Counted from the stretch's first letter, positions 9,701 through 20,413 are shown. The stretch: DNA of 64,000 nucleotides from Candidatus Woesearchaeota archaeon (GCA_964372205.1 CAYJQB010000001.1:141180-205179); one strand, 5' to 3'. Program-made: numbers and translations. The notes: generated by a model from the sequence alone, not told the origin.

Positions 9701-9778
9701 AGCTTATCGCAGCTTGCCACGTCCTTCATCACGATCCAAACCAAGCTATCCATCTACTAGCTCAAATATAATCAGATT
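6705..9778 (-). rRNA. rrl: 23S ribosomal RNA
   Basis: Conserved 23S blocks appear as reverse complements: the sarcin-ricin loop GGTTCCTCTCGTACTA (6905-6920); GGATAACAGGCTTGTCG (revcomp at 7110-7127); GGATAAGTGCTGAAAGCATCTAAGCACGAAGCC (about 6815-6850); and the 5' domain GGATCGTGATGAAGGACGTGGCAAGC (revcomp at 9711-9736). Ends are approximate, within about 30 nt. Confidence 0.85.
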
Positions 9779-9835
9779 CCTAAGAAATAATGTAGTCCTA
9801 TTGTTACAAGGACTTCTGAATTTCACAATTCGCCA

Positions 9836-9850
9836 GTGTCTGCCTACTTG
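9836..9850 (-). other. 5' half of the 23S pre-rRNA processing stem
   Basis: Pairs with 6663-6677 (15 of 15). It lies about 58 nt upstream of the estimated 23S 5' end, the same spacing as the 16S stem. Confidence 0.6.
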
Positions 9851-10150
9851 CGTCATTGAATATTATCTCAGCGTGACAAAATACCATCGGTAAATCGCCA
9901 CTTCGATGATTTTTACTTCTTTTCTGAAGTTCACTGTTGTGAATATGATTTACGATTTTATCTCTCCAATATGGTTTTGTTAAATTTTATGATTCCGATG
10001 GCTTTTAAATGTTTTGCTAGCCAAGAGTAATCATTTCATTTTCTTTGGAAATAACTTCTAATTTTCTAGAAATCTTCTCATTTTCAATATACTCCCAATG
10101 GATTAACCCAAAGAAAGAGGACAGCTTCATTATTGCATTGTAAAATTTAA

Positions 10151-10408
10151 TTAATCAGAAACAGTAAAGTCAACGACTCCTCTGCCTAAATCTGTTTCAT
10201 AAAGAGGATTTACTTTTTGCATTTGCACACCCCTTATTCTAGACAAAGCTGTAACTTCTCCTTCAGTCCTGCCTATTACTAATCCAGACACAGAAGTAGA
10301 ATTTCCTCTCGCATCAACTTTAATTCCTTCTACTCTGTAAGCGTAATTGCGTCCATCATTCCCAGTAGGCATACTAGAATGTGCAGAGTATCTTTGCCTA
10401 TCAACCAT
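10151..10408 (-). CDS. hypothetical protein encoded in the tRNAAla-23S spacer (ITS ORF D)
   Basis: 85 aa, same strand as the rRNAs, protein-like non-repetitive sequence, about 40% GC. No family recognised. Confidence 0.4.
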   Translation of the reverse strand: MVDRQRYSAHSSMPTGNDGRNYAYRVEGIKVDARGNSTSVSGLVIGRTEGEVTALSRIRGVQMQKVNPLYETDLGRGVVDFTVSD

Positions 10409-10489
10409 ACACTAAAATTAAAACTCTCCTTTTTAAATTTTTATTTTCAAAAGATAACTAACCTTAAATCATATAACTAGTTATAACAT

Positions 10490-10849
10490 CTATTTAGATC
10501 TCGAAGGTTTCATGTTTCTTTGGTTAAGGATTTCAGCATGTTTTATAGAATCTTCCAAATTTTCTTCAGATACTCTAACAAAAGGCACAATTCTTTTTCT
10601 TAAGCTTTTTTCTACCAATGCAAGAAATACACTTTCAGGATTAGTTTCGTGAGCAACACGAGCAGGGAAAGGAACCCAAATATAATTCCCTTCATCATCT
10701 GTATATCTCAGAGCTCTTCCAGCAGTGGAATCTGATTCATTAAATTCAACTTGTGGCAATCCTCTCCAAACTTCCCAATAATTCACTCCTCTCATTGCAT
10801 TTCTTTCTGTTTCACCAGGAGAATAAACTAAATTATTTTCGTTATCCAT
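10490..10849 (-). CDS. hypothetical protein encoded in the tRNAAla-23S spacer (ITS ORF C)
   Basis: 119 aa, co-oriented with the rRNAs. Its start codon is 8 nt downstream of the tRNA-Ala 3' end. Confidence 0.4.
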   Translation of the reverse strand: MDNENNLVYSPGETERNAMRGVNYWEVWRGLPQVEFNESDSTAGRALRYTDDEGNYIWVPFPARVAHETNPESVFLALVEKSLRKRIVPFVRVSEENLEDSIKHAEILNQRNMKPSRSK

Positions 10850-10856
10850 AAAAAAA

Positions 10857-10927
10857 TGGACTCGCCGGGAATCGAACCCGGGGCCCCCCGGTGCAAGCGG
10901 GGCGTTTTACCACTAGACTACGAGCCC
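10857..10927 (-). tRNA. tRNA-Ala (UGC) in the rRNA spacer
   Basis: Reverse complement reads GGGCUCGUAGUCUAGUGGUAAAACGCCCCGCUUGCACCGGGGGGCCCCGGGUUCGAUUCCCGGCGAGUCCA. Anticodon loop is CUUGCAC (UGC). A G3:U70 wobble in the acceptor stem is the alanine identity element. The spacer position is typical of archaeal rRNA operons. Confidence 0.85.
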
Positions 10928-10970
10928 TTATCGTTTTATCAGAATGTTGGTTTTTAATGCTTTCGCAAGA

Positions 10971-11270
10971 CTACACAACTTCTAAAATTTGATAATGATA
11001 ACTAACAGACTTATCTCTCGTAACATAGAATCCTATCCTACAACCATTAACATCTTCTCTTTCTTCAGAGTCTATTCTCTCCAGAGCTGAAGCAAATATC
11101 TCTTCCGCAATTTTTATAAAACTATTATCACGTCCTGATAACACTCTTAAGCTTCCGTCAGATGAAATTTCTGCAATATATTTTACATCTTTAATAATTC
11201 TAGTTCCACTTTCAGGAGAGCGTCTAAAACGCACACTCCAAAAATAATCCTCAGTTTCTTTAGCCATCAA
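10971..11270 (-). CDS. hypothetical protein encoded in the 16S-tRNAAla spacer (ITS ORF B)
   Basis: 99 aa, co-oriented with the rRNAs. No family recognised. Confidence 0.4.
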   Translation of the reverse strand: MMAKETEDYFWSVRFRRSPESGTRIIKDVKYIAEISSDGSLRVLSGRDNSFIKIAEEIFASALERIDSEEREDVNGCRIGFYVTRDKSVSYHYQILEVV

Positions 11271-11299
11271 TTTTCTTGAAAATACTATTTTTTAAACTT

Positions 11300-11590
11300 T
11301 TACGCTTTATCAATTTCACTTCTTGAATAAGCTCTTCCTGATTCGAGAGAAGTTCTTCCTTCTTGAACTATATCTCCCTGGATTTGTATCCTATCTCTTT
11401 CAGCATACTCCTTAGCATCTCTTTCGGATTTTGCAGAATAAAACCAAGTTCTATACTCTCCATCAGTAGGTCTCTCTCCGTCTTGTGAAGGTTTGAATCC
11501 TTTCACTGTAAAAACAAAATTAGGCATCTCTCTTCTTCCGGCAGCTCTCTCTATAGGACAGCTTTTTGTAGGGTATGGATTAATTGCCAT
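11300..11590 (-). CDS. hypothetical protein encoded in the 16S-tRNAAla spacer (ITS ORF A)
   Basis: 96 aa, co-oriented with the rRNAs. Its start is about 34 nt downstream of the 16S 3' processing-stem half. Confidence 0.4.
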   Translation of the reverse strand: MAINPYPTKSCPIERAAGRREMPNFVFTVKGFKPSQDGERPTDGEYRTWFYSAKSERDAKEYAERDRIQIQGDIVQEGRTSLESGRAYSRSEIDKA

Positions 11591-11623
11591 TTTTTCTAGA
11601 TTTGAACATTTAATTTAAGATGA

Positions 11624-11643
11624 TGGTATGCGAGAAAACTAGT
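11624..11643 (-). other. 3' half of the 16S pre-rRNA processing stem
   Basis: GGTATGCGAGAAAACTAGTT (11624-11643) is the reverse complement of AACTAGTTTTTCTCGCATACC (13170-13190), with one extra T in the 5' half. Confidence 0.55.
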
Positions 11644-11669
11644 TGTAAACTTTGTTATCATAATTTTTT

Positions 11670-13112
<1,443 letters not shown>

Positions 13113-13169
13113 TGCTTGAGAAATTAAATTCTCTGGCACACGCCTCCAACTTAATTATGAATTGTATAA

Positions 13170-13190
13170 CAACTAGTTTTTCTCGCATAC
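13170..13190 (-). other. 5' half of the 16S pre-rRNA processing stem
   Basis: Pairs with 11624-11643. It lies about 59 nt upstream of the 16S 5' end. Confidence 0.55.
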
Positions 13191-13294
13191 CTCATACCTT
13201 AATGTGCGAGTATGTCGATAGAAAAATCTGAATCGACGTCAAGCATTAAGGCACTCATCAAAGTTACCATCTTAATGTTAAACCTAGGAGATAA

Positions 13295-13306
13295 TTAGTT
13301 TATAAA
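13295..13306 (-). promoter_or_regulatory. putative rRNA operon BRE/TATA box
   Basis: Minus strand reads AAAGCTTTATAAACT, about 105 nt upstream of the 16S processing stem. Position and sequence are plausible for an archaeal TATA, but assignment is by eye only. Confidence 0.3.
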
Positions 13307-13395
13307 GCTTTCCTTGAATTTTGATAGAATCATACTACATCAATGATATATGTAAGTGCAAGTTGATGTTCTTTAGAATAACTTCAAAAGATAAT

Positions 13396-15600
13396 TTAAA
13401 TAACGTAAATTCCAAAAGTTTCTCCATCTGGCTTTTTCAAAGTGACACCCTCATACGTTACAGAATCAACTTTCAAGAAGGAAACAAGAACATATTTAGT
13501 CTGGTCAGGAGCTCTTCTAGCACTTATCCAATAATCATCATTCGCAGTCAGAGACTCTGTTTCTATAGGAATTGAGTTTTCGGGAACAAGGTTTACAAAA
13601 GTTGCAAAAGCATTTTGAAGAGGGTTCATACTTTCAACTTTGAACGCTTCATTATCTCCAGCATTCCACGCAATGAAGCTTTCAGCTCCACTCATAAGGA
13701 AATGCAAATGGGCTTCCCAAATCTGCTGGTCATTTATCTCAGGTAGGTTAATGTTTGTCCCAGGACAATCTTGGTATCTTATAGCATTAGCAGGCTTTAC
13801 CCAGGGAATTATAAAGTGAGTTCCAAGGTAGTTGTTTCGCTGCATTATTTTTACGCTGTTTATCTCTAGTGCCATAATCTCATTCACGCTTTTTGGATTG
13901 TTCTGATCATTACAGAAATAAAGCGCAGGACTGAAAGCATTAGATGCATCAGGCTCAACACTAGGAGGGAGTTGTTGGTCTCTGTTGTTCTTGAAAGGAT
14001 CATCTTTCGGATAAATTGCATAATTATACTGAGTGAATATAACGTCTGAATAATGATTCTTCAAAGGAATAAAGAAAATGTCCCTCACCATTCGGTCCCA
14101 CTCTCCATATAGAACTCTAGTAATATTATATCTTTTTTCATAGTTTGCGTTGTTATCCCAGGCAGTGCTATCAAAAGTCACTCCCCTTTCTATTTTTGCT
14201 TGTGCAAATCTTGGGTCATTGTTGGTAGCTTCTTCTATCATCACAGGAACATTGAAAGCATCATCACTTCCATCCTGAGTATTGTTGTCAAAAGAGCAAA
14301 CACTAGGAGAGTAGATATTGAACCACTGATACTTGCATTCCCATCCGTCGTTAAACCCTATAAAATGCCTCCCTCCATGTGATTCCCAATCAAGTATTAC
14401 CTGATCAATCTTGAATCCAGAAGGTTTACCATTTCCATTATCTATCTGGTTAAGAACTCTATCTACCCAACCTGTAACCTCTGATGGCCCCTCAATAGCA
14501 AATGGGCTTTCCCAGTTGTTTATTTCAAATGAGTTTGAAGAGTCATAATTTGATTGAGAGCTTGAATTGTAGTCACTAGGATTAAACTGCCAGGGGTGAG
14601 GGAACCTAAAGAAGAAAAGGCAAACATCTTGGCCAGAATCGTAGCTGTCATACAAGTCCTGCAGAACAGCATCAGAAAGCATTGTAGTAGTAGCATCCTC
14701 GGCATACCAATCAAAATATCTGTCATTTCCAAACTTGTTAGGTCTTCCAGAAAAAACCATTCTACACATGTGATAATCTGCTAACTCGTCAAAACCTATT
14801 CCAATACTTTCATTCCAGAGAGATATCATAGGCATGTTGCTCTGTTCCATTACTTTTAGATAATCGGTGTCTTGAAGGACTACATTTATTTGAACAGTAT
14901 TATTCAATGTCTGACTATCATTAATAGCAGTCACATCAAAGGTATGAACTCCAGTTCGCAAAGGGGTGTAAAAGAATTTATTTCCATCTGGTTTTGGATA
15001 AGTTTCTCCATCCAACTTGAATTGAATAGAGGTGTAGCCTTCCTCAAATCTAAACTCTATAGGGTGCCCTATCCTAGGCTCATCCCCGGTATAACTTAAA
15101 AAAATGTTCAGACTTCCATCTTCAGTCCCATTATCTCCAGACATCACTCCATCACAAGTTTGGGGAAGTCCAGAAGGATTACAAACTTCTCCAGTATCCA
15201 GAATTGCTGCTACATCAATAGAATCCGTACTCAATGCAAAATCTTCTGTGAACTCAAAAATACTTGTTTCCAACTCTTTAGGAATTCCTTCAAATCTATC
15301 AATAATCTCGCTCTTTCCATTAGTTGTGAAAACAAATCTTATTCCCTTCACTGCTTGATCTCCCGCTTTCCTATTCACAGACACGAGCAAAGTGCTATCG
15401 CTGACTCCACAGCTGTTAACTTGGAATATAGCATCCAGACACTCAACAACCTGATTACCTATTCCACCTTCACTTCCTCCATCTCCAAGAGACCCAAAGA
15501 AATTGTTCTTCAATATCACGAAAACAGCACTAACAGCAATTATCGCAATTAATATTATTAATACGCTAGAAACTACTGTTGATAACCCTCTCTTTTCCAT
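13396..15600 (-). CDS. large secreted/cell-surface protein with archaeal class III (pilin-type) signal peptide
   Basis: 734 aa. N-terminus MEKRGLSTVVSSVLIILIAIIAVSAVFVIL carries the KRG-LS..V motif typical of archaeal pilin-like proteins. The remainder is a large extracellular domain rich in N, D, S and T. Confidence 0.55.
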   Translation of the reverse strand: MEKRGLSTVVSSVLIILIAIIAVSAVFVILKNNFFGSLGDGGSEGGIGNQVVECLDAIFQVNSCGVSDSTLLVSVNRKAGDQAVKGIRFVFTTNGKSEIIDRFEGIPKELETSIFEFTEDFALSTDSIDVAAILDTGEVCNPSGLPQTCDGVMSGDNGTEDGSLNIFLSYTGDEPRIGHPIEFRFEEGYTSIQFKLDGETYPKPDGNKFFYTPLRTGVHTFDVTAINDSQTLNNTVQINVVLQDTDYLKVMEQSNMPMISLWNESIGIGFDELADYHMCRMVFSGRPNKFGNDRYFDWYAEDATTTMLSDAVLQDLYDSYDSGQDVCLFFFRFPHPWQFNPSDYNSSSQSNYDSSNSFEINNWESPFAIEGPSEVTGWVDRVLNQIDNGNGKPSGFKIDQVILDWESHGGRHFIGFNDGWECKYQWFNIYSPSVCSFDNNTQDGSDDAFNVPVMIEEATNNDPRFAQAKIERGVTFDSTAWDNNANYEKRYNITRVLYGEWDRMVRDIFFIPLKNHYSDVIFTQYNYAIYPKDDPFKNNRDQQLPPSVEPDASNAFSPALYFCNDQNNPKSVNEIMALEINSVKIMQRNNYLGTHFIIPWVKPANAIRYQDCPGTNINLPEINDQQIWEAHLHFLMSGAESFIAWNAGDNEAFKVESMNPLQNAFATFVNLVPENSIPIETESLTANDDYWISARRAPDQTKYVLVSFLKVDSVTYEGVTLKKPDGETFGIYVI

Positions 15601-15640
15601 CCCGGTAATGTCTAATCTCTTCGTTATTTAAGTTATACGT

Positions 15641-16501
15641 TTAGGCAGGTATTTCTGCTGTAGCCCATTCTTCAATGAACTCTTCAATTGGTGGAATATC
15701 CAATTTTATTTTTCTTTTTTCAGAATACAACTTTGCCAACAAGTAGAATATCATCCCAAGACTTTTGGCACTCTTATTATTGCCAGGAGTAATAAAATCA
15801 ATTCCTTGCGTGAAGTTGTTAGTATCACATACAGCCATAACATCTATTTTTACATCATTGGCATCCTTAAGAGCATTTTTATCAAGCCAAGGATCACAAA
15901 TAAATACGAGGTTCGCTTCAAAGAAATCTGCAAGATTTGGATTTGTTAAACTCCCAGCAGGGTATTTTTTAGTAAATGTTCTAATGTTGAATAACTCTCC
16001 AAAGAGTTTAGCAGCTTTCCATCCAGCTTCTCTTTTACAAACAATGACTATATCTTCAGGAGCATATCGCGCAATATAATCTCCTGCCTCTCTTAATTTA
16101 TCATCTAGAACGTTTGTGTTAAAAACAGCCAATCCATCAGCTCTTCTCTTGTACACAAAAGACTTCATATCCGGAGTTATGACCCTGGTTCCTAGATGTA
16201 TAGAAGACTTAAGATAATCCTCAATAGGTACTAGCATGTCTTTCTTGTCTTCTTTCTCTCCTTTAACCTCTCCCTTAACATCAACTTTTTTCTCTTCTTG
16301 AATTTTACTTTCCAATGCTTTAGCCTTAGCCTTAAGTTCTTCTAATTTCCTTTTTTTAGAATCGGTTTTTTCAGCAACAGCGTCTTCAACAACTTTTTCA
16401 ATCTTTCCCACTACTTCTTTTATAACCTTTGGAGTAGCTTCCACTAGCTCTTGCATCTCTTCAGTGACTTTCTCCAAGATACTTTCCTTTTTCTTTGCCA
16501 T
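15641..16501 (-). CDS. rps2: 30S ribosomal protein S2 (uS2) with N-terminal K/E-rich extension of about 88 aa
   Basis: C-terminal 200 aa (LVPIEDYLKSSIHLGTRVITPDMKSFVYKRRADGLAVFN...) match archaeal uS2. The in-frame extension is stop-free; an alternative start lies at 16237. Confidence 0.8.
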   Translation of the reverse strand: MAKKKESILEKVTEEMQELVEATPKVIKEVVGKIEKVVEDAVAEKTDSKKRKLEELKAKAKALESKIQEEKKVDVKGEVKGEKEDKKDMLVPIEDYLKSSIHLGTRVITPDMKSFVYKRRADGLAVFNTNVLDDKLREAGDYIARYAPEDIVIVCKREAGWKAAKLFGELFNIRTFTKKYPAGSLTNPNLADFFEANLVFICDPWLDKNALKDANDVKIDVMAVCDTNNFTQGIDFITPGNNKSAKSLGMIFYLLAKLYSEKRKIKLDIPPIEEFIEEWATAEIPA

Positions 16502-16615
16502 TGTAATTTAGTATAACAAGCGCAGGGGTTAATCCGGGTTGTTTCAGCCGGTACCTGCCAATTGATTAGTTTAGATTTGAAGGGTTTTTAAACATTCGCC
16601 TCTTAAAAAAAAGCG

Positions 16616-17239
16616 ATGCTTGACGAACTAAAAATCATCACTTATTGGAAAAGAAAACTTTCACCCTACATTAAACTTGAAGATTCTAACATCCTTGAAA
16701 TAGGTTGTGGAGAGGGAATTTTTGGTAAGCTCCTGGCAAAAAACACTTCTAAGAGATATTTGGGAATCGATCCAAATAGGAAAGCTGTTCTTATCGCAAA
16801 AAAGAATTGTCCAAAAAATGCGGTTTTTAAAATTGGAAGAGCAGAAAAGATTCCATCAAAAAATAAATTTGAAGTAGTGTTTTTTACTTTCTCATGGCAT
16901 TTCATATCAGATTTCAATAAATCTATTTCAGAATTGCAAAGAGTTCTAAATCCAAAAGGAGTGATAGTGATTATCGAACCTACCAAGCATGCCTCAAACT
17001 GGAAAGATAGTAGACTGAACAAAAGAAGCACTGATTTTTCTAAAGAATTATTCTCTCAGAAACTCAGAGCTTTAGAACATGCTGAAACAAGAATAACCAA
17101 TCAAAAAACGTTTAGAGTAGTTCATCAAAAAATCAATAATAAAAAATATCCTTCTATCTGGATATTATCTAATCAACAAAATTATTGTTCTTCTTCACCA
17201 GAACTTTCATCGCCGAAGTCTTCAACGTCATCTTCTTGA
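16616..17239 (+). CDS. class I SAM-dependent methyltransferase
   Basis: Motif [18 protein letters not shown], acidic residue after beta-2 (LGIDPN), motif IV-like VVFF. The S-rich C-terminal tail overlaps the convergent RpoK gene by 58 nt. Confidence 0.55.
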   Translation: MLDELKIITYWKRKLSPYIKLEDSNILEIGCGEGIFGKLLAKNTSKRYLGIDPNRKAVLIAKKNCPKNAVFKIGRAEKIPSKNKFEVVFFTFSWHFISDFNKSISELQRVLNPKGVIVIIEPTKHASNWKDSRLNKRSTDFSKELFSQKLRALEHAETRITNQKTFRVVHQKINNKKYPSIWILSNQQNYCSSSPELSSPKSSTSSS

Positions 17240-17568
17240 GCAAACCCAATCTCTTCAGCTTTTTCAGCTATTTCACTTTCAACTTCCTTCTCTTTAGCGA
17301 TTATCTTCTCGTCATCAATTTTTTCCTCTCTCACAGCTTGTAGCTTTCCATCCCTCTTTTTTGGAGAAGGCCTTACAACTGTGATAGGCAAAGCACCTGC
17401 ATTGAACTCTTTTTCTGCAATTTTTATAGGATCATAGTTTATCTTATCAAGTTCTTCCTCAGATATTTTTATCAAAATTGGAGCGTCCATAGAAACTTGC
17501 AAAGCTCGAGCACCGACAATTCTTGCTACTTCATATCTTGTAAATTCTTCTTGTTTTTGAGCACTCAT
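17182..17568 (-). CDS. rpoK: DNA-directed RNA polymerase subunit K (Rpo6/RpoK) with acidic C-terminal extension
   Basis: [25 protein letters not shown] ... [11 protein letters not shown] closely matches archaeal RpoK (TRFEKARIIGARALQ...PITVIRP). An E/K-rich tail of about 55 aa follows. Confidence 0.8.
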   Translation of the reverse strand: MSAQKQEEFTRYEVARIVGARALQVSMDAPILIKISEEELDKINYDPIKIAEKEFNAGALPITVVRPSPKKRDGKLQAVREEKIDDEKIIAKEKEVESEIAEKAEEIGFAQEDDVEDFGDESSGEEEQ

Positions 17569-17577
17569 CTTAAATTT

Positions 17578-18393
17578 TTATTGAAGAAGCTTATTAAGCT
17601 TTTTCATGACTTCCTCATACTTTTTAGGAAGTACGTCCATCATCATTTCAATTTCTTCTTTTTTAAATGTAACTGTCATCCCTTTTTGGCAGGAATGTAT
17701 CATATACTGTCCATTCCAATTAGATATTCCCCAAGTAACTTTTGCATCGCAAGCCTCTTCCTCCTCTCTAGTAGGATGTAGGATGATGCTATTTCCAAGT
17801 TTCTGGAATGTGAAAGACAAGGGCACTATTTCCCTGTTAATAGGCAAAGGAGTATCAGTTCTATTCTCATAGTCAGCTTTACCATTCTTTAATCCAGGGA
17901 ATTTAGCATTCCTTAAAGCTGCAACACAGGCTATGCTTGCTGCATCAATCAAAGAACCATCATCATTTATAGGATATATGTCAACAATAACAGTCCAGAC
18001 ATTTTCTCCTTCAGTTATAACAAGCTTGCTAAAGTCTATCATTCCACTTTCCCTTACCATTCTATCAATAAGTCTTGGCAATTCAATAGCCTCAAACTTT
18101 GGAGGGCCAGATTCAAATCGAGGAGATGCTAACGGAAGCAAGTCTCCAGACACCATCAAGTTTCCTTTGTTCAAAGAATCTGGATAAGGTGTGCCAGTTT
18201 CAAGCTTCACTCCAACAACCACTTCAGTCTTTCCAAGTTTTACTCTTGCGCTTCCCTCTGCTTTGTTTGAAACATCATATTCGAGCTCAAAATCCTTGAG
18301 GTCAAGTCCAGATCTCATATCAAACCTTTTGCCCTCTGCAAAAAGCCTCTGCATATATTCCTTTGTCAAATTCGTAACATCCATTGATCCCAT
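17578..18393 (-). CDS. rrp42: exosome complex component Rrp42 (RNase PH-like, non-catalytic)
   Basis: GKRFDMRSGLDLKDFELEYDVSNKAEGSARVKLGKTEVVVGVK matches Rrp42. It sits immediately downstream of Rrp41. Confidence 0.8.
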   Translation of the reverse strand: MGSMDVTNLTKEYMQRLFAEGKRFDMRSGLDLKDFELEYDVSNKAEGSARVKLGKTEVVVGVKLETGTPYPDSLNKGNLMVSGDLLPLASPRFESGPPKFEAIELPRLIDRMVRESGMIDFSKLVITEGENVWTVIVDIYPINDDGSLIDAASIACVAALRNAKFPGLKNGKADYENRTDTPLPINREIVPLSFTFQKLGNSIILHPTREEEEACDAKVTWGISNWNGQYMIHSCQKGMTVTFKKEEIEMMMDVLPKKYEEVMKKLNKLLQ

Positions 18394-19092
18394 CTAATTT
18401 CCTCCTCCTACTGAATCTTTCAAAGCTTTCTTTTGAATTTCATATATTTTCTTACACGCTTCATTAGCCATGTCAAGAGCTTTAACAATTAAATGGGGCT
18501 GTATTTTTCCATCCAGTTGCATTAAAGTATACTCATCCGAGTTAGATATTTTTGCAAGTGGGAAATCTGTAGCTCCCTCTCCTTCCCTAAAATCTTCCTC
18601 TTCTTTATCAACATCAACAATGAGTTCCTTGTCAAGTTTTCCTATTGAAACTGCAGAAACAAGGTCTTTCATAGGTATTCCTGCATGTGCAAGAGCCATA
18701 GCAGCAGCATTTATTCCAGCAACTCTCGTGCTAGCATCTGCCTGAAGAATATAAATCTCAACATCTACAACAGTGTTTGGAAATTCTTCAAGTTCCAACA
18801 CAGGAGCTAAAGCCCATTCAGTTACTTTCGAAATCTCTTTGCTTCTTCTGCTTGGTCCAGGTTTCTTTCTTTCTGAAACAGAAAAGCTAAGCAAGTCATA
18901 ATTAACTCTCAAGATTCCTGTTGCAGGATTTTGCATATGTTGTGGATGAAGTGTTCTAGGTCCATAGACTGCTGCGATTGCAACTGTTTTTCCAAATGAA
19001 AACATAGCGCTTCCGTCAGCGTTAGGGATGATTCCCACTTTAGCCTCTATGTGTCTCATTTCATCAACTTTTCTTCCGTCATTTCTCTTCAT
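18394..19092 (-). CDS. rrp41: exosome complex exonuclease Rrp41 (RNase PH)
   Basis: DGRKVDEMRHIEAKVGIIPNADGSAMFSFGKTVAIAAVYGPR fits the RNase PH domain. Confidence 0.85.
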   Translation of the reverse strand: MKRNDGRKVDEMRHIEAKVGIIPNADGSAMFSFGKTVAIAAVYGPRTLHPQHMQNPATGILRVNYDLLSFSVSERKKPGPSRRSKEISKVTEWALAPVLELEEFPNTVVDVEIYILQADASTRVAGINAAAMALAHAGIPMKDLVSAVSIGKLDKELIVDVDKEEEDFREGEGATDFPLAKISNSDEYTLMQLDGKIQPHLIVKALDMANEACKKIYEIQKKALKDSVGGGN

Positions 19093-19808
19093 TATCTATT
19101 CTCCTCAAACCAGGACTGCATCTGTTCTGTCAGTCCTCCAACGTTTACTTTTTCAGCAACAAACTCAATAGCTCTTCTTGCCTTAAGCTCTTTTTCGACA
19201 GTTTCTCCTTTAATCCAAATCCATCCGTTCTGTCCGACAGTGATGTTGCATCCAGTTTCTTCCTTAATCAGATTAATCATGCTTCCCTCTCTTCCTATAA
19301 CTCTTGGGACTCTACTTGGGTTGACTTTGAACATGAATCCCCCCTCAATCTTTCCTAAACCTCTCCCTTTCATAGCGAGGTCTATCCCTCTTCCCTTTAT
19401 TGACCATATCTTGGCAGCAACAACATCTCCAATTCCTAAGTATTGGCTCATTTCATGCTGATTTATGTATCTAGGAACTTCAGCTACAGGCAAAAACGCA
19501 GAGCCAGCAGAATCTACATCAATAAGCCATCCATTGAAAAGAACATCAGCTATTCTTCCAAGGATTACATTATTTCTTCTAGGAACATAACTTCCTGTCA
19601 ATGGAATTATTTTAATAACTCTTCCAGCTTTTTCAGCAAGTCCAAATCTTCCAGCAATAAGGTTGTCTCCATCTCTTCTAACACCCTCTCCAGGCAAGTA
19701 ATCATCTCCAGAAACAATAACTTCGCCAGGTATCACTACTTCTCTTTTAACGTTCTCGTTAGAAACGGTCTCCTCGGCCTCGTGAGCCTCATTAATCTCA
19801 TTCATCAT
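19092..19808 (-). CDS. rrp4: exosome RNA-binding subunit Rrp4 (N-terminal, S1 and KH domains)
   Basis: S1-like block GDVVAAKIWSIKGRGIDL and the KH motif VIGREGSMINLIKEETGCNI. The start overlaps the Rrp41 start region (ATGA-type junction). Confidence 0.85.
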   Translation of the reverse strand: MMNEINEAHEAEETVSNENVKREVVIPGEVIVSGDDYLPGEGVRRDGDNLIAGRFGLAEKAGRVIKIIPLTGSYVPRRNNVILGRIADVLFNGWLIDVDSAGSAFLPVAEVPRYINQHEMSQYLGIGDVVAAKIWSIKGRGIDLAMKGRGLGKIEGGFMFKVNPSRVPRVIGREGSMINLIKEETGCNITVGQNGWIWIKGETVEKELKARRAIEFVAEKVNVGGLTEQMQSWFEENR

Positions 19809-19913
19809 GTTAATCTTAATGGTAACATCCCAGGATAATCATAATTTCCCAAATGTTTCCTTTTTACAGAATTTAGAGATTTAATGTTCTTTTTAAATCT
19901 TTCTTCACTTGGA

Positions 19914-20372
19914 TTATTCTACTAGTCCTGTCTCCTTAAGGTATGCTTCTAAAAGCCTATGCGAAGTCTCTCCAAATCTTCTTGGGTTAAGCCATCTCCT
20001 CGCATTAAATGGAGTTGTGGTAGAATAAACGACTAAAGCGTCTCCGTTAGTCGGTTCCACTCTTTCCCCATTTTTGTCTCTGTTAGCTTCAGTATCTAAA
20101 ACACCATACAGCCTAGCAGCAGTTCTCTCAGACATATTAGGAATTTGATTAGCTATTCTTTTCAGCATATCAATGTCTACTTCTTCATCTTCAAGGAAAC
20201 CAATATCTTCCCCTTCCGACACGAGTCTTCTAACCATCAATTCTCTAAGAACCTTAAGGTGTTCTGCTTTGTACTCAAGTCCTCTTTCACCTAAGGCATG
20301 TTCATAAGCAGTAACAACCCTTTCAATTCTAGACCTTATTTCTCCAAGAGACATTCCATCATAGTTTCTCAT
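19914..20372 (-). CDS. hypothetical protein within the exosome superoperon
   Basis: 152 aa, no recognised motif. Co-oriented between SBDS and Rrp4. Confidence 0.35.
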   Translation of the reverse strand: MRNYDGMSLGEIRSRIERVVTAYEHALGERGLEYKAEHLKVLRELMVRRLVSEGEDIGFLEDEEVDIDMLKRIANQIPNMSERTAARLYGVLDTEANRDKNGERVEPTNGDALVVYSTTTPFNARRWLNPRRFGETSHRLLEAYLKETGLVE

Positions 20373-20413
20373 AAAAATTTTACCGAAGAAATACTTTTAA
20401 ATCTTTTTAAAAC

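Noticed and set aside
6705-9778. Possible intron or insertion in the 23S gene, given its length of about 3.07 kb
   Set aside because: The length is within the archaeal range given approximate ends. Conserved blocks are in the expected order and spacing, and there is no internal ORF on the rRNA strand.
6700-9893. Plus-strand ORFs 6700-7017, 7010-7513, 7072-7359, 7384-7638, 7868-8377, 8677-8937, 9347-9598 and 9441-9893 in the six-frame track
   Set aside because: They lie antisense within the 23S rRNA gene. GC-rich rRNA sequence generates long spurious frames, and the translations are low-complexity, rich in S, P, R, L and C.
16520-16560. GC-rich nested hairpin (GCAGGGGUUAAUCCGGGUUGUUUCAGCCGGUACCUGC) between the divergent uS2 and methyltransferase genes
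   Set aside because: I considered a C/D-box or other small RNA, but found no C/D (RUGAUGA/CUGA) or H/ACA boxes. It may be a regulatory hairpin, but there is not enough evidence to call it.
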